Notes under the pieces: model-generated
Told to the model about the DNA's origin: nothing
Seen by the model: the letters and a program-made list of their open reading frames with translations, nothing else
Database searches by the model: none
Shown here: positions 45,483 through 55,005 of the stretch, piece by piece
How the letters are laid out: every line of letters starts with the position of its first letter
How positions within the stretch are numbered: the stretch's first letter is position 1
Position numbers and translations under genes: made by a program
DNA from: an uncultured Pirellulales bacterium
Lineage (GTDB): Bacteria > Planctomycetota > Phycisphaerae > Sedimentisphaerales > Anaerobacaceae
Assembly (NCBI GenBank): GCA_964568985.1
Contig: CAZMSP010000001.1
Span: 11,179 to 75,178 of the forward strand
Direction: 5' to 3'
DNA: 64,000 nt

Positions 45483-46595
45483 ATGAAGTTAACCGATATA
45501 AGTAATGATATAAACGAGTGGTTTGGCGGCTCCGGGCCGATGTCGGATATTGTTATATCCTCACGGATTCGCTTGGCCAGAAACATCGCTGGCTATAAAT
45601 TCCTCAGTCACTGCTCAACTTCTGAAAAGTCCGAAATTCTCAATAAGCTAAAAGATGTTTTGATGTCGCTTGACCTTGGCGACAAAGTATTTTATATCAG
45701 CGTGGACAAGGCCCCAACCTTAAATCGTCATTTGCTCGTGGAAAGGCACCTTATCAGCCATAACCACGCATTTGGCAAAGGCCCGCGAGGTGCTGTTATC
45801 GCTCAGCGGGAATTCTTCACTGCTATGATTAATGAAGAGGACCACCTGAGGTTGCAGGTGTTAAAGGCCGGTTGTCAACTCTTCCAATGTCTCGAGCAGA
45901 TAAACAATATCGATGATACAGTAGAGCAAAAGGTCGACTACGCCTTTAGTCCTCGTTATGGATATTTAACGGCCTGTCCCACAAACCTCGGTACCGCAAT
46001 TCGGGTCTCGGTAATGTTGCACTTACCGGCCCTTAAGATGACAGGCCAGATAGAAAAGTTCCTTCGTGCCACAAGGGATATGAGCTTGGCGGTACGCGGC
46101 CTGTTCGGCGAAGGCACCGAGGCTGCAAGCGATTTTTATCAGCTCTCAAACCAGGTAACGCTTGGAATTTCAGAGAAGGATATCGTCTCCCAATTTGAAA
46201 ACTCCATTATCCCTGAAATAGTCGAATATGAAAATGCTGCCAGAAAACGGCTGCTCTCGGAGGATGCTGACCTTCTCAACGACAAAATCTCTCGCGCGAT
46301 GGCACTGTTACGAGGCGCCCATTTGATAAGTTCGCAGGAGGCATTATACTTATTGAGTCACTTACGGCTGGGCTTAAATATGCACGAACATATGGGGGCC
46401 TCAACTCCTGCGATAGACCGGCTCTCCCGGCTCAGCGATGCAGATGGCAAAGGTAGTCTTTCTATCGCCACTATCAATCGGCTGTTTTTGTTGACTTTGC
46501 CGGCGCATCTGCAGTTAAATTATGGAAAGCCGCTCGATTCCACGCACAGAGATGCACTTCGCGCACAAATCATCCGCTCCGCACTAAATGGTTAG
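45483..46595 (+). CDS. mcsB: protein arginine kinase (McsB, phosphagen-kinase fold)
   Basis: RIRLARNI, EEDHLRLQ, CPTNLGT and NQVTLG motifs. ATG 45483. The ORF-track extension to 45384 is repeat-encoded. Confidence 0.85.
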   Translation: MKLTDISNDINEWFGGSGPMSDIVISSRIRLARNIAGYKFLSHCSTSEKSEILNKLKDVLMSLDLGDKVFYISVDKAPTLNRHLLVERHLISHNHAFGKGPRGAVIAQREFFTAMINEEDHLRLQVLKAGCQLFQCLEQINNIDDTVEQKVDYAFSPRYGYLTACPTNLGTAIRVSVMLHLPALKMTGQIEKFLRATRDMSLAVRGLFGEGTEAASDFYQLSNQVTLGISEKDIVSQFENSIIPEIVEYENAARKRLLSEDADLLNDKISRAMALLRGAHLISSQEALYLLSHLRLGLNMHEHMGASTPAIDRLSRLSDADGKGSLSIATINRLFLLTLPAHLQLNYGKPLDSTHRDALRAQIIRSALNG

Positions 46596-46689
46596 GAGAT
46601 ATTTTTCACCGCTGAGAACGCCGGGGTCACAGAGAATTTTGCCACCAAGACCTTAAGAAGTGTAAAGTGCCTAAAGTTGCGGATTATTT

Positions 46690-46765
46690 TCTCGCTTTAG
46701 TACCTGATAACCTGATTCCTGATATCCTATGCCTTGATTTCCTAATAACCTGCCTGATACCTAAG
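46690..46765. repeat. CCTGATN heptamer/octamer word array
   Basis: tacctga taacctga ttcctga tatccta tgccttga tttccta ataacctg cctgatacc. Confidence 0.7.
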
Positions 46766-46813
46766 ATAAAGTCGTGCCGCTCCTCCTATGAACGACTTGC
46801 AAATCTAACATCT

Positions 46814-46841
46814 ATTGTAGGCAAATGTCCCCAAATGTCAA
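46814..46841 (-). promoter_or_regulatory. orphan copy of the promoter-bearing element: TTGACA-16-TACAAT with no downstream minus-strand gene
   Basis: On the minus strand, -35 is at 46836-46841 and -10 at 46814-46819. The element 46776-46862 is paralogous to 27455-27538. Confidence 0.45.
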
Positions 46842-47173
46842 GCAAAAAACAATGCTCGATTCCACTCATAGAGATGTGGCCCCGCACCTACTTTTAAGAT
46901 TTAGCTCCCGAATATATATTTCAGTCCAGATTGTAAAAAAACCTTCATTTTACTTTGATTGTGTATTCTCAAAGTAGCTGCGGGGCTGCCAAAATGGCAC
47001 TATTAACAAGAAGATAGAAGACGGAAAACAGAAGTCAGAAGCCATAACTTCCTGAAATAAAAGATGTTAGTTGCTCAAAACAGATTGTGCTTGACTTTTG
47101 GCACGGCTTTTGCGAATAAATAACCACAGATTAAATATAAATAAAATCTCTGTGGCAAAAAAAGGAGATGATT

Positions 47174-49126
47174 ATGGCTAAAATCATTGGCATAGATTTG
47201 GGAACGACAAATTCCGTGGTCGCCGTTATGGAAGGTTCGGCGCCGAAGGTATTGATAAATTCTTCCGGCTCCCGGCTGACGCCTTCGGTGGTCGGCTTCA
47301 CGGACAAGGGCGAGCGGCTCGTCGGACAGATTGCGCGCCATCAGCAGGTAACAAATCCCGAAAACACCGTATTTTCAATCAAGCGTTTTATGGGCAGACG
47401 CCATAGCGAAGTTTCATCGGAAGAAAAAATTGTTCCTTACAAAATTACCGGCGGACCGGAGGAGCTGGTCAAAGTCCGGGTCCGCGGGAAAGAATACACC
47501 CCGCCGGAAATCTCAGCTATGGTCCTGCAGGATTTGAAAAAAACCGCTGAGGATTATCTGGGCGAAAAAGTAACCGATGCCGTTATTACCGTCCCAGCAT
47601 ATTTTAACGACTCCCAGCGACAGGCCACAAAAGACGCAGGCAAAATCGCAGGCCTCAATGTCCGCAGGATTATTAACGAACCGACTGCCGCGGCCCTTGC
47701 CTACGGCGTCGAGAAGAAAAAGGACCAGAAAGTGGCCGTCTTTGACTTCGGCGGCGGCACATTCGATATCTCCATCCTTGATATCGGCGGCTTTGGCGAG
47801 GAAGGCGGTGTTCTTGAAGTCCTCAGCACAAACGGTGACACCCATCTCGGCGGCGATGACCTTGATGCCGTCTTGATAAACCATATCGCCGATGAGTTCA
47901 AACAGAAAGAGGGCATCGACCTGCGCGAAGACCCGATGGCACATCAACGGCTCAAAGAGGCTGCTGAAAAGGCAAAGTGCGAACTGAGCTCGCAGGTCGA
48001 AGCGACCATTAATCTGCCCTTTATCACCGCTGACGCAAAAGGCCCGAAGCACCTGCAGATGACCGTCACCAGAAGCAAGTTCGAATCGCTGGTTGAGCAC
48101 GTTTTTGAACGTCTAAAACAACCGTGCTACAAAGCAATGGAGGATGCAAAGCTGGAACTTAAGGACATCACCGAAGTCCTGCTGGTAGGCGGCTCGACAA
48201 GGACTCCAAAGGTTCAGGAAATAGTCAAAGAAATCTTCGGTAAAGAACCGAACAAGAGCATCAATCCTGATGAGGTAGTTGCATTGGGCGCCGCCATTCA
48301 GGGCGCTGTCCTGGCCGGCGATGCGGGCGTAAAGGATATTCTGCTGCTGGACGTAACGCCTCTTTCCCTTGGTGTCGAGACGCTCGGCGGTGTTATGACA
48401 AAACTGATTGAGCGCAACACAACCATCCCTACCAGCAAGAAGGAGATTTTCTCGACCGCTGCGGACAATCAGACCACCGTTGATATCCATGTGCTTCAGG
48501 GCGAGCGTGAATTTGCGCGGGACAACCGAACGCTCGGCAGATTCCAGCTTGCTGATATTCCGCCGGCCCCGCGAGGTATTCCGCAGATTGAGGTTGCATT
48601 TGACATTGATGCCAACGGCATTTTGAACGTCTCAGCAAAAGACCTCGGCACCGGCAAGCAACAATCAATTGAAATTAAATCCAGTTCAGGCCTCAGTGAC
48701 GATGAGGTTAAAAAGATGACAAAGGACGCTGAGGCACACGCCGCAGATGACAAAAAGAAAAGAGAGGTGGTGGACCTGAAGAACCAGGCCGACCAGCTGA
48801 TTTACTCCACTGAAAAAACTCTCAAAGAGCATGGCGATAAGGTCTCTGGTGAAATCCGGGGAAAAATCGAAAGCGCCACTAACAACCTCAAAAATGCTAT
48901 AAAAGGCGATAACGCCGACGCAATAAAAAAAGCCATCGAAAACCTCGGCACTGCCAGCCAGGAATTGGGTAAGGTTCTCTATGAAGAAGCCGCCAAAAAG
49001 CAGGCCGCTTCAGCAGCTTCGGGCACAGCTGAGCAAAAACCACCTCCGCCACCCGAAGGCGAGGTTAAAAGAAAAGACGGTAACGATGATGTAATCGACG
49101 CTGAATTCGAGGCAAAAGACAAATAA
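47174..49126 (+). CDS. dnaK: molecular chaperone DnaK (Hsp70)
   Basis: [33 protein letters not shown] 7 nt upstream of ATG 47174. An in-frame ATG also occurs at 47168. Confidence 0.97.
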   Translation: MAKIIGIDLGTTNSVVAVMEGSAPKVLINSSGSRLTPSVVGFTDKGERLVGQIARHQQVTNPENTVFSIKRFMGRRHSEVSSEEKIVPYKITGGPEELVKVRVRGKEYTPPEISAMVLQDLKKTAEDYLGEKVTDAVITVPAYFNDSQRQATKDAGKIAGLNVRRIINEPTAAALAYGVEKKKDQKVAVFDFGGGTFDISILDIGGFGEEGGVLEVLSTNGDTHLGGDDLDAVLINHIADEFKQKEGIDLREDPMAHQRLKEAAEKAKCELSSQVEATINLPFITADAKGPKHLQMTVTRSKFESLVEHVFERLKQPCYKAMEDAKLELKDITEVLLVGGSTRTPKVQEIVKEIFGKEPNKSINPDEVVALGAAIQGAVLAGDAGVKDILLLDVTPLSLGVETLGGVMTKLIERNTTIPTSKKEIFSTAADNQTTVDIHVLQGEREFARDNRTLGRFQLADIPPAPRGIPQIEVAFDIDANGILNVSAKDLGTGKQQSIEIKSSSGLSDDEVKKMTKDAEAHAADDKKKREVVDLKNQADQLIYSTEKTLKEHGDKVSGEIRGKIESATNNLKNAIKGDNADAIKKAIENLGTASQELGKVLYEEAAKKQAASAASGTAEQKPPPPPEGEVKRKDGNDDVIDAEFEAKDK

Positions 49127-49293
49127 CAACTAATGAGTGGTTATTGGTAACTGGTTACAGGATATTAAAAATCAAATATCGAAATGTAAAATTAAGGAAG
49201 TCGTTGCCGCTTTGCGGCAACTCCATAATTTTGATTTTTAATCTTTGATTTTTGCATTCTTTTTACCAGTTACTATTTAACTAATAACTATCT
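49127..49293. repeat. nested palindromic spacer between convergent dnaK and mnmE
   Basis: Outer arms use GGTAAC/GTTACC words and middle arms use AAATCAAA/TTTGATTT words. The core hairpin is at 49203-49221. Confidence 0.75.
49203..49221. terminator. GC core hairpin GTTGCCGC-TTT-GCGGCAAC (candidate bidirectional terminator)
   Basis: 8-bp perfect stem with A/T-rich flanks on both sides, placed between convergent genes. Confidence 0.5.
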
Positions 49294-50745
49294 TTATTTT
49301 CCTATACAGAATTGGCTGAATATCCTGTCCAGAATCTCTTCGTCGATATGCTGCTGCTCGATATCGCTCATCGCCTTGTACGCTGCCCGCAGCATCATTG
49401 CAGTTACCTCATCATTGCTGGCTTTCAACTCAATCATGGCTTCGCTGACGTTTTCAATCGCATCTGTGACGGCCTGTCTGTGCCGGGCCATAAGAGCAAC
49501 CCCCGACGCTTGCTCAGAAAGCCCCTCGCTACCTGTACCAAGTACCAGCTCGATTAATTTCTTATCAATTGTATTTCGCAACTGTTCCACACCAACGCTG
49601 GTTACTGCAGAAGTTGGTAAAAACTTGGCGGCAAATAACTTATTTAACTCGGCAAGTCGATTAGCTAACATCTCCTCTGAGACGAGGTCAGATTTTGTTG
49701 CAACCAGTATCGCCGGTACAGACCCAAGACCACAGACCAAAGACCATAGACTAATCTCATCGGCCCACATTCCAAGCTCTGGAGCATTATATCTTGTGTC
49801 TTGTGTCTTGAGTCTGGGGTCTTTTGAAACATCCACGCAAAATACAACCACAGAGCTGTTGCGCAGCGCCTCGACTGCTGCTTGCTGCGCCAATTCATCA
49901 AGAATATTCTCTGCTGTAGCCAACAATCCTGCACAGTCGAACAGCACACATCTACAATGCGTCAGAGATAGTAGTCCCGTCAGGACATCCCTTGTGGTTT
50001 TGTGCCTGTCTGATATGATACTTCTTTCTTCGCCGAGCAACTTATTCAACAGACTGCTTTTGCCGGCATTGGTTGCTCCTGCTATGCCCACCGCTGGCAA
50101 ATCGATTAATGATTCATTCCTGATGCTGCCAGAAAGCAACTGCTCAAGCTCCATCTTTATCCAGGTAAGTTTTTCAACCGCCTGCGGTCGAGTTATAAAT
50201 TCGATATCTTCGCTGCTGAAATCCAGACCCGCTTCGATTAAGCTGAGACAATCCATCAGCTCTGACTGTATTTTTGCTGTAGCTTCAGCTAATCGCCCGC
50301 TCAGAAGTTTCTCAGCAGCAGCTAATTGAAAGGTATTGGAGCTTACCACGACTTCATTCACTGCCTCCGCCTGTGTTAAATCAATCTTGCCGGCTAGGTA
50401 TGCGCGCGCCGTGAACTCACCGGGCCCTGCCATTCGAAGGCCTTGGCTAAACATCTTGCCCATTAAGGTTTCTACAACAGCAGCGTTAGTATAGGTGTGA
50501 AATTCGGCAACGTCCTCACCGGTATAAGAGCGCGGGCCAAAAGACAGGTACAGTTTCGCTTCAACCTTAAGCTCGTCATCTACCGTTATACTTCCGGTAA
50601 TCAGACCGTTTGTTTTGATAGAGATAGGCGGCCTGAAAATCTGCTGACAGATTTCGACCATCTTAGGGCCGGTTATGCGAATAATCACCCTCTCCTGTGA
50701 ACTCGGAGAGCTAACCGCCACAATAGTATCGCTCAGGTCATACAT
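49294..50745 (-). CDS. mnmE: tRNA modification GTPase MnmE with a repeat-encoded ~36-aa insertion
   Basis: G-domain GATNAGKSSLLN, TTRD and TKSDL. C-terminal FCIGK. Insertion at 49718-49825. Confidence 0.9.
   Translation of the reverse strand: MYDLSDTIVAVSSPSSQERVIIRITGPKMVEICQQIFRPPISIKTNGLITGSITVDDELKVEAKLYLSFGPRSYTGEDVAEFHTYTNAAVVETLMGKMFSQGLRMAGPGEFTARAYLAGKIDLTQAEAVNEVVVSSNTFQLAAAEKLLSGRLAEATAKIQSELMDCLSLIEAGLDFSSEDIEFITRPQAVEKLTWIKMELEQLLSGSIRNESLIDLPAVGIAGATNAGKSSLLNKLLGEERSIISDRHKTTRDVLTGLLSLTHCRCVLFDCAGLLATAENILDELAQQAAVEALRNSSVVVFCVDVSKDPRLKTQDTRYNAPELGMWADEISLWSLVCGLGSVPAILVATKSDLVSEEMLANRLAELNKLFAAKFLPTSAVTSVGVEQLRNTIDKKLIELVLGTGSEGLSEQASGVALMARHRQAVTDAIENVSEAMIELKASNDEVTAMMLRAAYKAMSDIEQQHIDEEILDRIFSQFCIGK
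49718..49825. repeat. inverted heptamer arrays (AGACCNN)x5 ... (GTCTTGN)x5 lying in frame inside mnmE
   Basis: agaccca agaccac agaccaa agaccat agactaa ... atcttgt gtcttgt gtcttga gtctggg gtctttt. 108 nt, equal to 36 codons. Confidence 0.8.
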
Positions 50746-50752
50746 AAGAGAT

Positions 50753-50827
50753 TACAGAAGCCAGAAATCAGAAGCCAGATGTCAGAAGTCAGATTTTTCT
50801 GTCGTCTGTCCTCTGACTTCTGTCCTC
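50753..50827. repeat. inverted heptamer arrays (NCAGAAG)x6 / (TCTGNCN)x4 between yidC and mnmE
   Basis: acagaag ccagaaa tcagaag ccagatg tcagaag tcagatt ttt tctgtcg tctgtcc tctgact tctgtcc. The right arm runs into the yidC stop codon at 50826-50828. Confidence 0.8.
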
Positions 50828-52886
50828 AAATCTTATAGAAGGGTTTGGGCTTTTTCTTTTTGACTTTTCCGCCGGTCTTACTCGTTACGGCAACCAGGCC
50901 TTTCGATTCTGTCTGTTCTTTTTCACGAATGTGTTTGCGAATGACATACTGCTCAAAAACACCAGCAAAGGTACTGGCCATAATATACAGATTCACCCCT
51001 GACGGCGCCTTGTATAACATCAGCGGAAACATCAACGGCAGCATTATCATCATCATTTTCTGCTGCTGAGCCATTTGGGGACTTGCCGATGCTGACGCCT
51101 GCGACGGCATAAGTTTTTGCTGCAGAAAGAAAGCCACGCCCATCATAATAGGCAGCAGGTTCAGCGACTCTATCCTCCAGCCAAGCAGCGGCAGTGTTAT
51201 CGTTGAAAATCTGACCAGGGCGTCGGGCACCGAAAGGTCGGTAATCCAGAACGGCAAAAACGCTGCTCCACGCAAATCAATACTGGCATACACGGCGCTC
51301 CACAACGCAATCCAGATGGGCATCTGCACGAACATCGGTAGAAAGCCAAAAATCGGAGAAGCCCCCTGCTCTTTATAAAGAGCCATTATTTGCTTGTTCA
51401 TTTCGGCCTTGTTATTGGCGAATTTTTTCTTTATTTCCTCGGCCTTCGGACCGAGCTTACCCATCTTGCTCATCGAGACTTGGCTCTTTTTGGTAATCGG
51501 ATGCATAATCAGACGCATCAAAAACACCAGTATGATAATGACCACACCGTAGTTGCCGATTATGCCGTACATCCATTTCATTATTGCTAGTATCCCAAAG
51601 GCCAGTGGGCTTATAATGCTCGCCGGGCAACAACAGGCCATAAAATCTATCGTTTGAACAAAGCCAAGCGTTCGATAGAGATCGTTTTTATCGAAGAGAC
51701 TTTTATCCTTGGGTCCCACATACACATGGAAGTTATATATTTTTGTGCTGTTCGCCTGGTCCGCCGGAGCCAGTTTGCTTGTGGCAATTTTCAAATCCAA
51801 CCCTACCGTTTCATCGCCGCTGTCGGCCTTATCGTCCCCATCGGGATTATAGAACCGACCTGTCCTCTCTGTCACCCAGTCGCAGTACTCTTTGCCCTCA
51901 TCCGGAACGGGCACCACTATGGCCGCAAAATACTTGTTGACCGCAGCGGCCCAGAGAAAGTTGTCCCCACTTTTTATCAACCGCCTGTCATCAGGGGTCT
52001 TTGCCTTGAGTAGTTTTTTCCTGTCAAGTCTTACACTGGTAATCCGGCCCTGCGAATCTCTAAAGCCGGCAACGACCTTCCTCATATCGGCCCTGAAAGC
52101 CTCTCTGCCGAGTCCTAATGGACCGGCCATATTGAATTGATACTTTAGCTCTCTGTCGGCAAGATTTTCAACCGCTACGCTGCAATCCAAAAGATAGCTG
52201 TCAGGGCTGACTTTGTATGTTTTTAATAGTTTCACTACCGGCTTACCGGCTGACGTTTTGATAATCGCTTCGAACCGAGCCGTTTGAGAGCCGTCCTCTG
52301 CCGTTTCTTTGCCGAGACTCCTGAATTGCAAACCCTGTAGCGGCAATTGCAGCTTCTCCTGAACAAACACAAACTCTCTGTTTGCCATCGACAAAACTTC
52401 ATCACCACCGGCCAGCTCCACAGGAGAAAGAATCACCAACGGCTGAGGATTTTTATAATCACGGTCATCAAATCCGCTAAAGGTAGCTCTCTTTATCGCT
52501 GCTCCTTTGGTGCTCAATTCCAACTCGTACATAAACCAGCTCTTTGGGTCGATTGAGCCGAGTTTAACAGTCTCAGCTGAACCTCCATAGGCCTCGAAAG
52601 TTGTAACAGCAGCCATTTCCTGATGGCTTTTGCCTGTCCTGGGTGAACCTGTCCCGAGCGTGGTCGAGGGAGTCGAAGGGCTGCCAGCAGGAGATTCATC
52701 GGCCTGCGGATTTTCGTTAGCCGTTGTTTGCTGCAAAAGAATACAGGGTTTTCCGACACCTTCTTTGTCATTCCCGCGCAACCTGTCCTGAGCAAAGTCG
52801 AAGGAGCGGGAATCTATACCGGATTCAATAACAAGCCACCCGCAGAAAACAATAAATCCAGCTATAAATAAAGTTAAATATCGCAT
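50826..52886 (-). CDS. yidC: membrane protein insertase YidC
   Basis: N-terminal TM, a large periplasmic domain and a C-terminal conserved 5-TM core with a basic tail (KVKKKKPKPFYKI). ATG 52886. The ORF is open to 52919 through a repeat. Confidence 0.85.
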   Translation of the reverse strand: MRYLTLFIAGFIVFCGWLVIESGIDSRSFDFAQDRLRGNDKEGVGKPCILLQQTTANENPQADESPAGSPSTPSTTLGTGSPRTGKSHQEMAAVTTFEAYGGSAETVKLGSIDPKSWFMYELELSTKGAAIKRATFSGFDDRDYKNPQPLVILSPVELAGGDEVLSMANREFVFVQEKLQLPLQGLQFRSLGKETAEDGSQTARFEAIIKTSAGKPVVKLLKTYKVSPDSYLLDCSVAVENLADRELKYQFNMAGPLGLGREAFRADMRKVVAGFRDSQGRITSVRLDRKKLLKAKTPDDRRLIKSGDNFLWAAAVNKYFAAIVVPVPDEGKEYCDWVTERTGRFYNPDGDDKADSGDETVGLDLKIATSKLAPADQANSTKIYNFHVYVGPKDKSLFDKNDLYRTLGFVQTIDFMACCCPASIISPLAFGILAIMKWMYGIIGNYGVVIIILVFLMRLIMHPITKKSQVSMSKMGKLGPKAEEIKKKFANNKAEMNKQIMALYKEQGASPIFGFLPMFVQMPIWIALWSAVYASIDLRGAAFLPFWITDLSVPDALVRFSTITLPLLGWRIESLNLLPIMMGVAFFLQQKLMPSQASASASPQMAQQQKMMMIMLPLMFPLMLYKAPSGVNLYIMASTFAGVFEQYVIRKHIREKEQTESKGLVAVTSKTGGKVKKKKPKPFYKI

Positions 52887-53020
52887 CTTATCTATCGTCC
52901 TTCGTCCCTCATCTCTCATGACTGTCCTCTCGTGTATTGCTTGTCCGCCGTCCCCACTCTTGTCTTCGACAAGAAGACGTCGGGAGCGAAGGTGGAAGCA
53001 TCGAGTCGCGAGAAACGATT

Positions 53021-53797
53021 TTATCTCCCATCGAGCAGTCTGTCGGCGTGGAAGGTATCCAGTTGGTCGATTGCTTTTATCTTTTTCATAGTAGTTTCAA
53101 TATCGTACTGAAGCCGGACAAAGTGCACCTCATTTTCATCTACATACACATAGCTTGCCCGATTGTTTTTGTCTCTCGGTTGTCCTACAGAGCCGATATT
53201 AATAATTGCTTTCTCGCCATCGATAATCGGATAGAAATTGCCAAGCTCATCCGGCGGATAGAAATCTGGCTCATTGAGAAATACACCAGGCATATGCGTA
53301 TGGCCGACAAAGCATATATGCTTGACCCGCTCGAAGAGCAGCCGAACCTTTAGCGGATTGCTGTAAACATCATCAGGAAAGATATATTCATTAATCGGCT
53401 TTCTGGGTGAAGCATGAACAAAATCCATTATTGCTGTAGTTGGCCCCAGCCTGCTTTTGAGTGTCCGTCGCATCGGCAGCTCGCCCAAGAAGCGCCAGCG
53501 CCTGTCACAGCCTGGCTTATATTCCTCTGTTTCCAGAACCTCACGTGTCCAAAAACTTGCCTGCTCCGCGGCGTAGTTGAAATTTGTCGGCTCATAGAAG
53601 ACCGCATAATCGTGATTGCCCAGAATGCACCACCTGGCTTTCTCTATAATCAAGTCAAGACACTCCCTTGGGTTTGGACCGTAACCGACCACATCGCCAA
53701 GACAATAAATTATCTCTATGCCTCTTTTTTCAATATCAGCCAGAACCGTGGTTAAGGCCTCGAGGTTGGAATGTATATCGCTCAGAACCGCAAACAT
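53021..53797 (-). CDS. calcineurin-like metallophosphoesterase
   Basis: Motifs LSDIHSN, GDVVGYG, GNHD and GHTH. ATG 53797. The upstream ORF extension is repeat-encoded. Confidence 0.8.
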   Translation of the reverse strand: MFAVLSDIHSNLEALTTVLADIEKRGIEIIYCLGDVVGYGPNPRECLDLIIEKARWCILGNHDYAVFYEPTNFNYAAEQASFWTREVLETEEYKPGCDRRWRFLGELPMRRTLKSRLGPTTAIMDFVHASPRKPINEYIFPDDVYSNPLKVRLLFERVKHICFVGHTHMPGVFLNEPDFYPPDELGNFYPIIDGEKAIINIGSVGQPRDKNNRASYVYVDENEVHFVRLQYDIETTMKKIKAIDQLDTFHADRLLDGR

Positions 53798-54212
53798 ACG
53801 CCTTCTCAAATTAATACGCCTATGGCGTGTAAATAAAACGATCCTTATATTATGTGGAGCCCATGGGCTCTGCCCGTCGTACCTCTCCATCCTCCGTGGC
53901 AGTAGTCCTGCTACTGCGGAGGACGGTCGTCTCCGGCGGAACCCGCCGAAGCACATCCGCCTACGCTAAAGCTACGGTGGATACCCTTTTCGCATTCATC
54001 CACGGGCAAAGCCCGTGGCTTTCTGCGAAGGCGGGTAAAAACCACCTTATAGCAGAAATGTTGCAAAAATGCCAGAATATTTATCAGCTTTTGGAAAAGC
54101 GTGTTTTTGCCCTGTTTAGCTCAATTGCCAAAAAAAAGACAATTGGCTTTAGCCGGTAATATGGGTATAATACCTCACACACAATATAAAAAACACAATA
54201 CAAGATACAGAG

Positions 54213-54974
54213 ATGATGGATATGACTCTTCTTGAAACTCGTGGGCTGGTAAAGAAGTATTCCGGCAGGGCTGTTGTCAACGAAATATCTATTGCAATTG
54301 GTCAGTGCAGTATAGTCGGACTTCTGGGCAGAAATGGAGCTGGCAAAACCACCACCTTTAGAATGATTATGGGAATGGTTACCCCTAACAGCGGCTCGGT
54401 CATCTTTGAAGGCCATGATATTACAAAGCTGCCAATGTACAAAAGAGCACGCCTCGGCATCGGCTATCTTTCACAGGAGCCGAGCATCTTTCAACGCCTC
54501 AGTGTCCGAGATAACTTATATGCTATTCTGGAAACAATGTCGTACACCCGAGCCGAGCGCAACCGCAAGGCAGCTATGCTCATTGAGCGTTTTGCGCTTG
54601 GAGAGGTTGCCGATAGCCAGGGCAGGTTTCTTTCCGGCGGTGAGCGAAGAAAACTTGAAATCGCTCGTGCTATGGTAACAGACCCCTCATTGGTTCTTTT
54701 GGATGAGCCCTTCAGCGGCGTTGACCCTATTGCTGTTGAGGATTTGCAGCACGAAATCCGCCGGCTCGTTGCTTCCGGCGTCAGTATTCTTGTTACCGAC
54801 CATAACGTCGAAAGAACGCTCGAGGTGGTTGATTACGCCTATATTATCGACCACGGCAAGGTGATTGGAGCCGGTACACCGCCAGAAATTGTCCGCAACG
54901 AGACCGTCAGAAAGCACTATCTCGGCAGCATCTTCACCGGCACAGAATTCGACGATAATAAACGCAAAGCGTAG
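54213..54974 (+). CDS. lptB: LPS export ABC transporter ATPase
   Basis: GRNGAGKTTTF, GIGYLSQEPSIFQRLSVRDNL, LSGGERRKLEIARA, LLDEPFSGVDP. Confidence 0.85.
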   Translation: MMDMTLLETRGLVKKYSGRAVVNEISIAIGQCSIVGLLGRNGAGKTTTFRMIMGMVTPNSGSVIFEGHDITKLPMYKRARLGIGYLSQEPSIFQRLSVRDNLYAILETMSYTRAERNRKAAMLIERFALGEVADSQGRFLSGGERRKLEIARAMVTDPSLVLLDEPFSGVDPIAVEDLQHEIRRLVASGVSILVTDHNVERTLEVVDYAYIIDHGKVIGAGTPPEIVRNETVRKHYLGSIFTGTEFDDNKRKA

Positions 54975-55005
54975 ATAGTGCGTAAGGCCGCAAAATAAAA
55001 GAAAT

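Noticed and set aside
47124-47155. Inverted repeat CCACAGA-N18-TCTGTGG upstream of dnaK as a CIRCE or HAIR heat-shock operator
   Set aside because: It matches neither the CIRCE consensus (TTAGCACTC-N9-GAGTGCTAA) nor the HAIR consensus (CTTGAGT-N7-ACTCAAG). A 7-bp AT-flanked inverted repeat is weak evidence. It could still be a 5' UTR stem.
49376-50329. 317-aa plus-strand ORF, and similar long antisense ORFs at 47513-48100, 33543-34166, 7982-8623 and 4860-5567
   Set aside because: They lie antisense to genes with strong family signatures (mnmE, dnaK, terL, purM, the FG-GAP protein). They have Ser/Ala/Arg-rich low-information sequence and are treated as shadow ORFs.
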